Below are positions 10,864 to 24,100 of a stretch of DNA of 64,000 nucleotides, in pieces. The notes under the pieces are model-generated. The model did no database searches and was not told the origin of the DNA. It worked only from the letters and a program-made list of their open reading frames with translations. How positions within the stretch are numbered: the stretch's first letter is position 1; each line of letters starts with the position of its first letter. Source of the stretch: Octopus bimaculoides (lineage: Eukaryota); NCBI RefSeq assembly GCF_001194135.2, contig NC_068988.1, forward strand, positions 56,541,076 to 56,605,075, read 5' to 3'. Position numbers and translations under genes: made by a program.

Positions 10864-13800
10864 CTGTACATGTCATGGTGAGACAGTTAAGTACCGAGCA
10901 AAACATATCTAAATTGGTGCTGAGGGTGGCAGCAGTGGCATGGTGGTAGTGGTGGTGGTGGTGGTGAGAAAGAAATAATAAATCATTGAAACTAATTACT
11001 CTAATTGGAGCTGCTTTACAAATTGTTTTCAGTATCATGAACATTAGAATTTTGCATTTTTACAGCTCTATAAATATTGCTTTATATGCCTTGAGAATGA
11101 GGATAAAGGCACAAAGCCAGTAATACGGGAGGGGATGGGTAAGTGGATTACATTGATCCTGGTACATGACCTACTTTATTTTATCAACCCTGAAAGGATG
11201 GAAGGCAGAGTTGACCTCTGCAAGATTTTGGACTGGCTCCTGTGCAGGTGACACGTAAAATACACCATTTCGAGCATGGCTGTGGATCGTTACCAACGTT
11301 GCCTTCCTGGCACTTGTGCCAGTGGCATGTGAAAAGACATTCGAGCGAGATCGTTACCAGTGCCGATGGACTGGCTCCTGTGCAGGTGACACATAATACA
11401 CCATTTCGAGCGTGGCCTTTGCCAGTAAGACATCCAAGCGAGATCGTTGCCAGTGCCCCTGGACTANNNNNNNNNNNNNNNNNNNNNNNNNNNNNNNNNN
11501 NNNNNNNNNNNNNNNNNNNNNNNNNNNNNNNNNNNNNNNNNNNNNNNNNNNNNNNNNNNNNNNNNNNNNNNNNNNNNNNNNNNNNNNNNNNNNNNNNNNT
11601 TGGACTGGCTCCTGTGCAGGTGACACGTAAAATACACCATTTCGAGCATGGCTGTGGATCGTTACCAACGTTGCCTTCCTGGCACTTGTGCCAGTGGCAT
11701 GTGAAAAGACATTCGAGCGAGATCGTTACCAGTGCCGATGGACTGGCTCCTGTGCAGGTGACACATAATACACCATTTCGAGCGTGGCCTTTGCCAGTAA
11801 GACATCCAAGCGAGATCGTTGCCAGTGCCCCTGGACTAGCCCTTGTGCAGGTAGCACGTAAAATACACCATTTCGAGCGTGGCCGTTGCCTGACTGGCCC
11901 TCGTGCCGGTGGCACGTAAAAGCACCCACTACACTCCCGCAGTGGTTGGCATTAGGAAGGGCATCCAGCTGTAGAAACTCTGCCAAATCAGATTGGAGCC
12001 TGGTGTAGCCATCTGGTTTCAGTTGTCTTCAGTCAAATCGTCCAACCCATGCTAGCATGGAAAGCGGATGTTAAACGACAACGATGATGATGATGATGAT
12101 GATGATGATGAATGTACAGTGCCAGAAGAAACACTGCAAGGTATTTTGTGAATTCTTCAGTGATTCTGCCAGCTTACCACATTATTGATTTCAAATTTTG
12201 GCACAAGGCCAGACATTTTGGGGAGAGGGTAAGGCAATTGCATCATCTGAGTGTTTAACTGGTACTTATTTTATTGACCTCCCCGAAAGGATGAAAGGCA
12301 AAATCGACCTTGGTAGAATTTGAACTGAGAACATAAAGGCAGACAAAATGTCACTTAGCACATGCTAGTTTGCCACCCTTGCTCATCACATTATTCATCA
12401 TCATCATCATCATTGTTTAATGTCTGCTTTCCATGCTGGCATGGGTTGGGTGGTTTCACTGAGGACAGTCTCCAAATCTGACCTGTCAAGGTTTCTGATT
12501 GGAGCCTGGTGCAGCCTCCTGGTTTGCCAGTCCTCAGTCAAACCACCCAATCCATACCAGCATGGATTATTGCTATTATTATTTAAGGTGGAGAACTGGC
12601 AGAATTGGTGGCATGCTGAGTAAAATGCTTGGTGGCATTTCATCCATCTTTACGTTCTGAGAGCAAATATTGCTGAGATCAACTTTGCCTTTCATCCTCT
12701 TGGGGTCGAAGAGCATCCAGTTGTAAAAAATCTACCTAAACGCATTCCATCTCACACATGCTATCATGGAAAAGTAGACATTACAAGGATGATGATGATG
12801 ATGATGATAATGATTGGAATCTTCATCTTCATGCTTTACTTTAGAGATTTAATACAGATGATGGGAGGAAAAAACAAACTGTCACTTGGAATGTAATGTC
12901 ATCTCAACAGCATTATACACTTGACATTTATTCTTTTGGTCTCTTTTGTCAAATTTAAAAAGTAAATACTACAGTTGAATTCTTTAACTAAACCCTTCGA
13001 GGCAGTGACCAAGCTTGGTCGCAGTCCAATGACTGAAACAAGTAAAAGATAAATTACAACAAGCTTCTTTCATTTTTTGTACCAAATCCACCGATGAGGC
13101 TTTGGTTGGCCTAGGACTATAGTAGAAGACACTTGCCCCTGGTGCCATGCAATAGGATTGAACCTGAAACCACATGGTTGGGAAGCGTACTTCTTAACCA
13201 CACAACCATTCCTGCACCTAGGTTTTGGTCAGCCAAAGGTTATTGAAGACTGGTTTTGGTTGAATCTGGGCTAATTTAAATTAAGGCCTAAAGTGGGAGT
13301 TGTGTTACAGTCTTATTTGAGAAACACTACTCAAGACGAATATAAAAAGTTATCTTTATAAATTTTCTATAGAAGTTAGAGCCAGCTATGAAAGTTATGG
13401 CATTTCATGTATGAATTACATCTGTGTAAACAATGCAATCAAAGATAGAAAATAGGTAATGGGTGTATATGCACATTTCAGGAGTACTTTTTCTTTCATC
13501 AGCACCACATCTCTGTGCTATTAGACATCTCTAGCAAGAGGTTACATAAATTGCTGGGGAAGTGATGTAACTAATTTAAACAGTCCCAACAGTTGATGTT
13601 TTTTTTTGTTTTTTTATCTACCCCTGAAGGATAAAAAATAAAATTGACTCTCGAATTTGAACAAGTATTTAAGTAACATTAAGAATGTTATGGTGTTGGT
13701 GCTCGTGTCACAGAGAATGTATTGTTGCTGGACCTTTCTTTGCCAGGAGACAGCTGTGAAGAATAACTGAAACAAATTCACAGACATTTAACTCAAATGT

Positions 13801-14410
13801 TTATTGCCGGATTATTTGATGTTGACTATTTACAACGAAAAATATTAATAATTCCCAAATGGAAGGAGAGAAAAACTTCACTTCATCCATAGAAGACATT
13901 GTGTGAATGTTCAGAATTGGTCTAACTGCACAAAGTCCGAAGATGTTTGTTTGAGTGTCGGAGGTCATCTGCCTGGTAAGAGGTAAGGCATATGAATCAG
14001 TTGGCCGCTCTCCAGGTGCCAATCAGTTTATATGGGCAACAAGAGGATAAATTCTAGAACATCCAAGCCAGCTATATCACACTACAGCTTCACACCGAGT
14101 GGTTGGTTTATAGATCAATAACATGAAACTGTGGTGACTCAGTCATGGTGTTTAACTGAGTATCTATCAGTTAGGGTTCAAATCCTTGCTACAAGCATTT
14201 AGGTCAAAGTGCTGGAATATTTGATTCATTTCAATGATGATGGTGATTTCATTGTCGAGAGAGCATTTCAAACCTATGTTGTAGCAATACAATAACAATT
14301 TACTACATTTCCAAGTAGGCATTGGGTTACAATAGAAAGATATGTGTGTGTGTACATGCATGTGCATATGTTTGCATACATACATGCACACTAGGAGCTT
14401 GCTGACTCAC

Positions 14411-14465
14411 TTTGTCTCTGTCAAAAGTTCTCACTATGGATGTTTCATCAGGCAAGCAACAAAAC
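14411..14465 (-). CDS. Candidate second exon of the unidentified minus-strand gene (FCCLPDETSIVRTFDRDK)
   Basis: Acceptor ...ATGTTTTCAG| (plus 14466-14477) and donor |GTGAGT (plus ACTCAC 14405-14410). 55 nt; only one frame is open and it is the one that fits the phase-2 exon at 15966-15988. Confidence 0.35.
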
Positions 14466-14867
14466 CTGAAAACATGGTGGGCAATGAGTTGGGTGGGGTT
14501 TTGGGGACGTGGGGGTAGGGAAAGAAAATGGAACTCGTTTAAATGTTATATGCATGTATATATCAACAGTAATGCCCACCTGATGATGGGATAAGTCTCA
14601 TGCGACCTGCTTCTTGAAGACATTTGCACATGCCCGATCTAAACTGACATTGGGTCAGCATTTATAAGGATACGGGGAAGGGAACACAATGAATTAAATC
14701 AATTACATTATATTACTGGTACTTGTTTATCAGTGTTCGAATATTCGAGAGGTTAGAGTAGGAAACAAATGAAATTTGAACTCAGAACTACTCCGTGTTG
14801 AAGATAATGTAAGAACATTCGGTCTTGATGAAAGCAATGTGGATGCTGCATTACAAACCCACACGCA

Positions 14868-14933
<66 letters not shown>

Positions 14934-15965
14934 CACATGCATGCACCGTACTCACATGCATACATACACACATGCACACGCTTACATACATATACACATC
15001 ATACATGCACACACACACGGCCTATACACAAAGCGAATTTATCAGTAATGCTATATACATACGCATTCAGACTGTGTGTATGTATGTATGCACACACACA
15101 CANNNNNNNNNNNNNNNNNNNNNNNNNNNNNNNNNNNNNNNNNNNNNNNNNNNNNNNNNNNNNNNNNNNNNNNNNNNNNNNNNNNNNNNNNNNNNNNNNN
15201 NNNNNNNNNNNNNNNNNNNNNNNNNNNNNNNNNNNNNNNNNNNNNNNNNNNNNNNNNNNNNNNNNNNNNNNNNNNNNNNNNNNNNNNNNNNNNNNNNNNN
15301 NNNNNNNNNNNNNNNNNNNNNNNNNNNNNNNNNNNNNNNNNNNNNNNNNNNNNNNNNNNNNNNNNNNNNNNNNNNNNNNNNNNNNNNNNNNNNNNNNNNN
15401 NNNNNNNNNNNNNNNNNNNNNNNNNNNNNNNNNNNNNNNNNNNNNNNNNNNNNNNNNNNNNNNNNNNNNNNNNNNNNNNNNNNNNNNNNNNNNNNNNNNN
15501 NNNNNNNNNNNNNNNNNNNNNNNNNNNNNNNNNNNNNNNNNNNNNNNNNNNNNNNNNNNNNNNNNNNNNNNNNNCGTATATATATCATTTGATAAATGTT
15601 TGTTTTTAAAATTTAATTTATTCCTGTTGTTGTTGTTTTATAGTCGGGTACAAAAAAAGATCGTTTTCGTGAAGGACCAAGTTTCTTTAAACTGTGACAT
15701 TTTTTTTTTCTGGTATGTTAGTGTAGTTGATGTTACTTAATCTACGGAAGTGTCCGTTTTTTAATGTTACCTATTGTTTAACTCCATGTCATCTCTGAGA
15801 AGACCTGCTATTATCAAAGACGTTCCACCCACGACTTTTACACCAACACACTGTCTCTTTCTTTCTTTAAGACGTACGATGTAATTTGAAAGAACGTTGC
15901 TGCTATTTCTAGCACGTCGCGAGAACACAAACTATTTCGTTGGTTTTGCTGTTATTCACACTTAC

Positions 15966-15988
15966 GTTAGAGTAAATTTTTCATTCAT
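15966..15988 (-). CDS. Candidate first coding exon of an unidentified minus-strand gene (MNEKFTLT)
   Basis: ATG at 15988 (-) with in-frame upstream TAA; strong GTAAGT donor (plus-strand ACTTAC 15960-15965); phase 2. Could instead be a 5'UTR exon, since small upstream ATGs are present. Confidence 0.3.
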
Positions 15989-16202
15989 ACCATTTTTTTT
16001 TAAAACGTCATTTTATTTCAAGACATGACAAAGAATTTTGATTCAAAGACACGCGATTTTGCACCACTACCTCAGTTTTACTTTAATATTAGTGACATCT
16101 TCAATGACACGGCTAGACAACCTCATAATTTACGCCTGAATTACTCACATGTATGATTACTGAGACATTCAGTGGTGACAGAGACTGGAAGTTGTGATTC
16201 TC

Positions 16203-16234
16203 ATGCCTTTCACAAGCTTCAAACGACATACACC
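16203..16234 (+). CDS. Candidate KIFAP3 first coding exon (MPFTSFKRHTP|KVK...)
   Basis: ATG 16203 with in-frame upstream stop, 32 coding nt, phase-2 end, GTAAGC donor at 16235, inside the CpG-rich region. Phase fits exon 35601. The peptide does not resemble the MQGEDARYLKR start I recall for vertebrate KAP3, so this is only a candidate. Confidence 0.35.
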
Positions 16235-17373
16235 GTAAGCGAAACTGTTCTTCGATTTTGTTATTTTCAGAGAAAGAACTTACATTATGATTCACTACTG
16301 TACGGTGGACATAGATTGTGTAGCAATCATGCCTTTCCCGAAAAGACCGCAAGCGTAACGAAACGGACTTCATCCAGGAAACGAACCAGCGTAACGCGAA
16401 CTCAATTCGCTATGGACGTTATTGCGTTTGGGTGGTTGGTTAGTAGCAGAAGAATTAAATCCTGAATTCTATCGATTGAAAACAGGATGGTAGTGAATGT
16501 ATGACCAAGAATAATTCAGCTTTGTCTAAACCCATCTTCAACGAGGCATCTGACAACACCACTGCAATCCTAACTGTGTGCAGCCATGCCAGACGTACGT
16601 ACGCACGCACACGCACACACACATAAGAGAGAGCTATGTATGAATTAATCGATAAGAGTGTGTCAGTGATGAGTTGGGCGCTAGCAGATCTTAGAGGAAT
16701 TTCCTTTAGTTGTTGTTGTTGTTGTTGTTATTGTTTGGCCCTTGCCAAATCCTTGGTTCATCCCGACTACATTGTACATCGTCATTCCTATTTGTAGGAT
16801 GATTGGGTTAAAACTCGGGGTCGACTTGGCTGTTGTTTCTAAGGAATTAAGTTTCCACATAAAGGCAGTGTATGCGTATATGAATGAATGGATGTATATA
16901 TGTGTATATAGATGTATGTTTGTGTGTGTGTATGTACATATATATAATATATATATATATGTGTGTGTGTGTGTATACATATATGTTTGTATGTATGTGT
17001 AATGTGTGTGTGATTGATTATAGTATTCATGAGAGGAAACAAAACAAAAATTAGCATTATCATGATCTCTTAGAATTTTTACATTTTGGTTATGACTAAT
17101 CAAGATCTCTCTCTCTCTATCTTTCTTGTTCTCCATGCTTCTCTGAGTTTGGCTATATCTGCAAATTTCAACATTTGTATGTTTTTTGGTTTTTGTTTTT
17201 CTCCAGAATGTTTCATAGCTAGATAGCCATCCTTTTGGCTATTCACGCATGAAGGTTTTATTTATTGGGTATTAGTAATAATAATACTCTTGGAACAGGC
17301 ATGAACAACAATACATCCCATTTCATCTTTATTATAAGTCTGAGTTGCAGTTACATCAGATGAAATGTCTTGG

Positions 17374-17408
<35 letters not shown>

Positions 17409-20400
17409 AGCAGTGAGCTGGCAGAATCGTGAGAATACTCAGCAAACTGCTTAGCAACTTTTTGTTTGTTTTTACGTTCTGAGTTCAAATTCTGCCAAGG
17501 TTGATTTTGCCTTTCATCCTTTCAGGGTCAATGAATACAAGTCGAACACTGGTGTCAACTCCCAACCCCAAAATTGCTGGCCTTGTGCCAAAATTTGAAA
17601 TCATCATCATTATTATTCAAGGTGGCAAACTGACAGAATCATTAGCACAGTGAACAAAATGCTTTATATCATTTCATCAGTCATATTGAGTTCAAGTTCC
17701 GACAAGGTTGACGTTGCCTTTCATCCTTTTGGGACCAATGAAATAAGTATGTTATGCACTGGGGTCGATGTAATCAACTAGCCTCTTAGGCTCTTTACTC
17801 TCTGTGGAGCATAAGCCATTAAGCCATCAATAGATTTATTTCCTGTCATTTCTGTTTCCCTCAGTTAAATCCCTGTTCTTTTAGTTCTGTCTCAGTATTC
17901 CCAAGGAAAGGCCTTCCTCTCCCAGATCATATTGGTTTTGAATTGTCATGAATGATTCTGTAATTCTGCCCTTTCCTAGGCAAGAGTATTGGCCCTATGC
18001 AGAGCCATTTTTACCTCTGGGAAGAAGTGGTCTATATTAGTCTGGCTTCTATCCTTTGACCTGTCCAGTATGGAATGCCTGACCAGGAACTTGCTCTCTA
18101 TTAGCTTTTGGTCTCAGGTTCATTGAGGTGCACAAGCACTGGACCTTGTGATGGAGAGTCATTAGAGTATCAGACAAAATGCCTTGCAATATTTGTTCTG
18201 GTTCTTTACCTTCTGAGTTTAGCTCCTGCCAGAGTCAACTTCACTTTTCATCTCTCTGGGTTGATAAAATAGAGTACCATTCAAGTACTGAGACTTGATG
18301 TAATCAACTATCCTGGTCTTCCAAACATTTCTGGCCTTGTGCCAAAATTAGAAAAAAATTTGTCATTGTTGCACTGGCTAAGTAGATAAATGGTAGGATT
18401 TCCAACCCTAAATTGCTGGTTCATATTCACCACTTTGCTTTTCATTCTGTCTTAACACAAATTCATCCTGCATTACCCTTCAGTTAATTTAGCTAAAGAA
18501 TCTCTGACAGGACATTCTGCAATAATAGACTAGCAGCTTAATTGTAACGTAACCCCAAAAAAGTGAAGCGCATGGAACCTTGTGATTCATTAAAGAAATA
18601 GCTAATTAATAGCTGAGAAATTAACACAAATAAAAGACAAGTTTTAGATGCTGAAGCTTTAAAAATATTAAAATCCTTTTGATACCAATCTGCCAGAAAC
18701 TCCTTGAGTTTTAAATTATCTAAATTAAAACCTCCCATCAAAATTTCATGTTAACTTATGTTCCAAACATTAGCTTAATAATGACGAAGTTATTTTACTA
18801 AATTCTTATTTCCAAAGTTTATTGAATCAGACAGTGTGGTACTGAAAAGGTTAAACTATAGATATTGTTCCTCATTTAAATATTTTATTTCTAAGAAAAC
18901 TCGTGGCCCAGTACACACCCAGCGACCTCCCACACATACACACCTTGACCTTTGCTGCTCATAATGCATCCAAGTGGGCACTATTGCTCAGATGAAGAGC
19001 CACTAATCTGGACTAAAGATGGGGTTTGAAAATATCCCTTCTTTTTATAGTGCAATCCCTGACTATTAAACTATAATATTGGCCATGAATGGACTAAATA
19101 ATTATGATTTGTAAATGGGTCAACTGAAACCAGTATCGTTTCTGGCTTGGTAAATGCTAAATGAGTCAAAATGTTAATGAGTTATTTGTATGTATGTTAA
19201 TTATCATCACTTATTTTGTTAGCTGAACAAATGGTAACATTTTGTTGCAACCATTATCAAAAATTTTTGAAATACTTCTAACTAAAAAATGTTTTTTGTT
19301 GCATTAGAGATTGAAAACACACACAGACACACACACATACACACAGTCTTTCTTCCTCCCTCTGTGTATATATGTATGCATATTTTTCAATCTATGGCTA
19401 TATATCTTGTACGAATCTAATAGTTGTGTGCCTGTGTGTACATGTATTTATAGTGTGAATATACACGCAGAAACATATATTGTATGTGTATATAAATATG
19501 TGCACATATGTATGTATATATATATATTGATCAGTGTGGGTATGTTTGTGTGCATATATCTGTCGATGTATGTACATGTATGTGCATGTACATACATAAA
19601 TATATATATATGTATATACATAAACACACACATACATATATAATTTAGTGATGTATTTGTTTGAATCTGATGTTTTCTTCATTAGAATTCATCAATACTG
19701 ACTCTTTCCCTCCTCTATTCACATAAAGCCTTAGTGAAAGCTGTGACTAACCATTTCAGAACAAACGCCAATTGAATGAGCTGTTTATGCTTGTAAGAAC
19801 ACGGTATTTACAGTATTGAATTTGATTGGACTGCACCAGACTAATCTGTATCAATTGAAATATGAAAGAAATAGAATAGTATTGGCCATAGTATTCGCAA
19901 TAATGGTGGTAGAGGCATCGGCGATGGTGGTGGTGGCGGTGAATAAAGCAAACACATCTTATGAGTATGTGCAAGGATTTTTATTTTAATATTTTTTTTT
20001 TTAATTTTTTTTTTTTGTACTTGTTTCCGTCCTTGAACTACAGCTCTGCTGGGCACCGTCTTGAAGGGTTTAGTCAAACAGATGGCCACTCCACCTCTCC
20101 AGTACTTATTCTGTTGGTCTCATTTGCCGAGCCACTAAGCTACAAGGATGTAAACAAACCAACACCAGTTGTCAAGCAGTGACAAATAGACAAACACACA
20201 CACTCAGAGGATTCCAGTTTCTTATTTCTTTACTGCCCACAAGGGGCTACACACAGAGGGGACAAACAAGGAAACACAAACAGATTAAGTCGATTATATC
20301 GACCCCAGTGCGTAACTGGTACTTATTTAATCGACCCTGAAAGGATGAACGGCTAAGTCGACCTTGGCAGAATTTGAACTCGGAACGTAATGGCAGATGA

Positions 20401-20916
20401 AATATGGCTAAGCATTTCACCCGGCGTGCTAACATTTCTGCCAGCTTGCCACAGTTTCTATTGACCAAATCCACCCACAAGACATTGGTCAGTCTGGGCT
20501 ATAGTAGAAGACACCTGTGCATAGTGCCACACTATGGGACTGAACCCATAACCATGTGGGTGCAAAGTGAGCTCCTTAGCCACACACCCATACTTGCAAT
20601 GGAGCCGCTTGTTCTACCACTACTACAAGAGCTTGTGTTCCTGCAAAGTGTTCAATTGGGTCCCACTGCCACCTAAACCCATCTGTCTCTCTTGTGTCTC
20701 TGCCTAAGTTCCTTGCTTATAACATGGTCCTACCTTTCCATTCCTTCCCAAAGCATCAGTGACCCTCTGTAATTCATATCTGCCTTCTACTTTTTTCCCT
20801 TTTTCCAATTTATGTATTATTCTCCACCTCTTACTCCCAATGTTAACTGATATTGCAACTTTACATTCAAGTTGACAAGTCTGAGAGTGTTTTCAGAGGT
20901 CTTGCACATTACCCCT

Positions 20917-21140
20917 TCTGGCTCCATTGGTTGTAATACCACAAGCTGTATAGCTGTATTGGTCAACAGCATAAACTGTCTGGCTATATTGGTCATTATA
21001 GCACAAGTTGACTGGTTGTTTCAGTCAACAGCACAATTTATCTGGTTTATTGGTTAACAGCACCAATTCTTCTGGATGTATTGGTCAGCAACACTGTCTG
21101 GTTGTATTGGGCAATAGCACAAAAGCTCTGTCAACAGCAT
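20917..21140. repeat. Degenerate ~28-32-bp minisatellite
   Basis: About 7 diverged units of consensus CTGG(T/C)TGTATTGGTCAACAGCACAA. Confidence 0.7.
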
Positions 21141-24100
21141 CTTTCAGTTGGTATATCAGTTTATCTAACATGTTTGTCTGTATGTAGCATAAGATGCCCA
21201 GGCAAGTCACCATCTACCAAGGCTAATGCTTATGTCTCTATTTTCAAATATTGATCGCTTGATGTTTTATTGGAAATATTTTATAATAACATAAAGAACT
21301 AATTTTTTTAAAAACAAAATAATAGAACAAAAACCAACAGGAGAGAGGAAGATGGATTTGTAGGTTCTTTTGTTGGAATACACATGTAAGTTAAGTATCA
21401 TCATCATCATCAAGCATTCACATTTCCTAGCTTTCATGAGTCAGACAGAATTTGTTGAGGCAAATTTTCTACAGCCAGATACCCTTCCTGTTGCCAACCC
21501 TCACCTATTTCCAAGCAAGGTAATATTTCTCCCATAACCAGACATGCTTTTCATGGAAGACTGGAAACGAACAAAATTGCTGCTTTTATGGCAGAGGTGC
21601 TTATTTTCAGTCATCGTATGATGTCAAGACAATGGTACACACACACACACACACACACCTTTCAGTTTCTTATTTCTTTATTGCCCACAAGGGGCTAAAC
21701 ATAGAGAGGACAAAGAAGGACAGACAAAGGGATTAAGTTGATTACATCAACCCCAGTGCGTAACTGGTACTTAATTTATCGACCCCGAAAGGGGAATATA
21801 TTACTGGTGGTGATAGTTAAAACAGTAAAACACTGGGCTGTATGTTGTTGTTGTTGTTTAGCTTCAGGTCAATCTTGGTCGAACAGATTAATGATGAAAA
21901 GCATTATGGCCATGTTTATCCCATGTTATTCAACTATTTGGAGTTTGAGTATATGTCTGTTAGTATGTCCATTAAAGCCCATTCACCGTTTGGGCTACCT
22001 GATGTCATCCACAGTAATGATATAATTTTCATTGGATCTACATCAGGAAATCTGCAGTGTTTGTTGAGTTTATAATTGATAAAGGAACTGGAAGATGGAT
22101 TTAGTACGAATCTTTATTTGCACTACATCCATCTTCTGTTTCCTTTATCAACTAATATATGTAAGTATGTATGTGTGTGTCTCTTTGTGTCTGTGTTCGT
22201 CTCCCACCACCACCACCGCCACCACTTGACAACTGGTTCAGGTGTGTTTATGTCCCCATAACTTAGCAGTTCATCAAAAGAGACTGGTACAAGAAGTACC
22301 AGGCTTTAAAAAAATAAGCACTGGAGTTGATAGATTTGACTAAAAATTCTTCAAGGCAGTGCCCCAGCATGGCCACAACCAAATGACTGAAACGAGGGAG
22401 GAATGAAGGTATCCTTAAACCAAAGACTTGCTTGTATTTGCTAGAGACACTTAAAAGGCCAGGTGGTGGTGTTAAATCAGGTAATGAAATAAGTCTGCTA
22501 CCCAAGTAGACCATGGCGAGATTGGAACTCAAAATGCAGAGTGTTGGGTTCCATGTAAAAAGCACCCAGTACACTCTGTAAAGTGGTTGGCATTAGGAAG
22601 GGCATCCATCTGTAAAAGCCAAGCCAAAACAGACTATGCAACCTGGTGCATCCCCTGGCCTTGCCAGTTCTTGTCACTGTCCAATCCATGCCAGCATCAA
22701 AAATGGATGTTAAATGTTACTGCTGTTGATAATGATCCCAGACTGATGTTCTTATAGTTCTTTCAGTCTACTGCCCTGGATTGGTGCATTTTTATCAAAG
22801 CCCTCCCAAAAGGATGACAAGTAAAGTTGGCTTGAAAAGGATTTGAGCTCACAGTGCAAAGAATCAGAGCAAACACTACAAAGCCTTATGTCTGATGTTT
22901 TAATGATTCTGCCAATTTGCTTTAATGATCAGAAGCCCCTATCCATGTCAGCTTAAAAGAATGAATGATGTGAACCCATTGTTTTAAAACAATTAGAGAT
23001 TCCATTGAGATAATCTTATTATTTTATCTGCATATATATATATATATATATACATACATATATATATATATATATAGGTGTATATATAACACACTTCACT
23101 CCTTTTTGTTTTGTTTTTAATTAACTAAATTGGCTTTTGAAATAATCTTGCTAATCTTTAGTTTCCATGTAAATTATTCATTCATTAACAGCCCATAAAA
23201 TAGAATGATTATGCTTCAGCTATTCTCTGCAGATTACATATATGATTACTTATGAGTCTTTAAATTAAAGCTTAACCACTTGAAAATTAAATTTTCCCTC
23301 ATTTAGATATTTATCAGCTTTCGACATAGTTTTGTGTGTACCTGCTGTATCTCCACAAATCCCACCTCCATATTTCCATTACAGACAATACTCATGTAGG
23401 CAAACATTAAACAAATTATGACACAAAAGACTTCCTAATAAAAACATCATCTGCTCAATGGGCTACAAATGAATTTAAATTTGAAATTTCTTTAGAAAAG
23501 TTTCAAACCCCACATTGGACACTTCAGTGAGCAACCTGTTGCTTACCCCTAATTTATGTAGCATTTTGCTGTTGATTTATATTTCATATTACAACCAGCA
23601 TATCAAAAGGATATGTAAGATTTGGACGGCATCTGCCTGTTTAAGAAATGGCATTTTATGATTACTATAGCGCTGCCAACTCTTGGAGATACTTTTCTGG
23701 TTGATGGAACTCAGGTCATTTATGATTGACCCTTTTGTTACCATAATCATAATCGTCTTTTAAGATCTGCCTTTTCATGCTTACATGAATCAGATGGAAT
23801 TCATTGAGGCAGAGCTTCTATGGCCAGGTGCTCTTCCTGCTGCCAACCCTTACCAGTTTTCGAGCAAGGTAATTTTTCCCCATGACCAGACTTGTTCTTT
23901 GCAGATGACTGAAAACAAACAACTTTGCTTGTATGATGATGATTGCTCATTTACAATCGTGTGTCTAGACAAAGATATATATACAATTATACACACACAC
24001 ACACACACACACGAGAGGCCTCTTTCAGCTTCCATGCACTAAATCCACTCACAAACCTTTGGTTGACTCAGAGTTCTGGTAGAAAACATTTTCCCAAGAC

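Larger units (their letters stand above)
15780..16700. promoter_or_regulatory. CpG-enriched putative (bidirectional) promoter region
   Basis: CG dinucleotides are visibly denser than in the CpG-poor flanks (e.g. CACGTCGCGAG, ACACGCG, CGCAAGCGTAACG, CGTAACGCG, GACGTACGTACGCACG) and the region mostly lacks the common SINEs. Divergent donors: GTAAGT on - at 15965 and GTAAGC on + at 16235. Confidence 0.55.

Noticed and set aside
11228-11900. Regularly spaced repeats resembling a CRISPR array
   Set aside because: Eukaryotic context, no unique spacers and no cas genes; it is an element-internal minisatellite.
11184-11986. ORFs of 200+ aa with repeated C/H/W motifs (also 8462-9149, 39395-39660, 60345-60707)
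   Set aside because: Translations of the GC-richer family-C repeat modules, open in several frames on both strands; not genes.
13472-13530. Plus-strand AG...AG|GT segment ending in 'SSKR' in phase 2 as a possible KAP3 exon 1
   Set aside because: No ATG, weak GTTACA donor, and it lies upstream of the CpG-rich promoter candidate.
15914-15925. TCGCGAGA (CGCG/BANP-like promoter motif)
   Set aside because: Incomplete palindrome, and the adjacent GCTGCTATTTCTAGC resembles a repeat end; not separately supportable.
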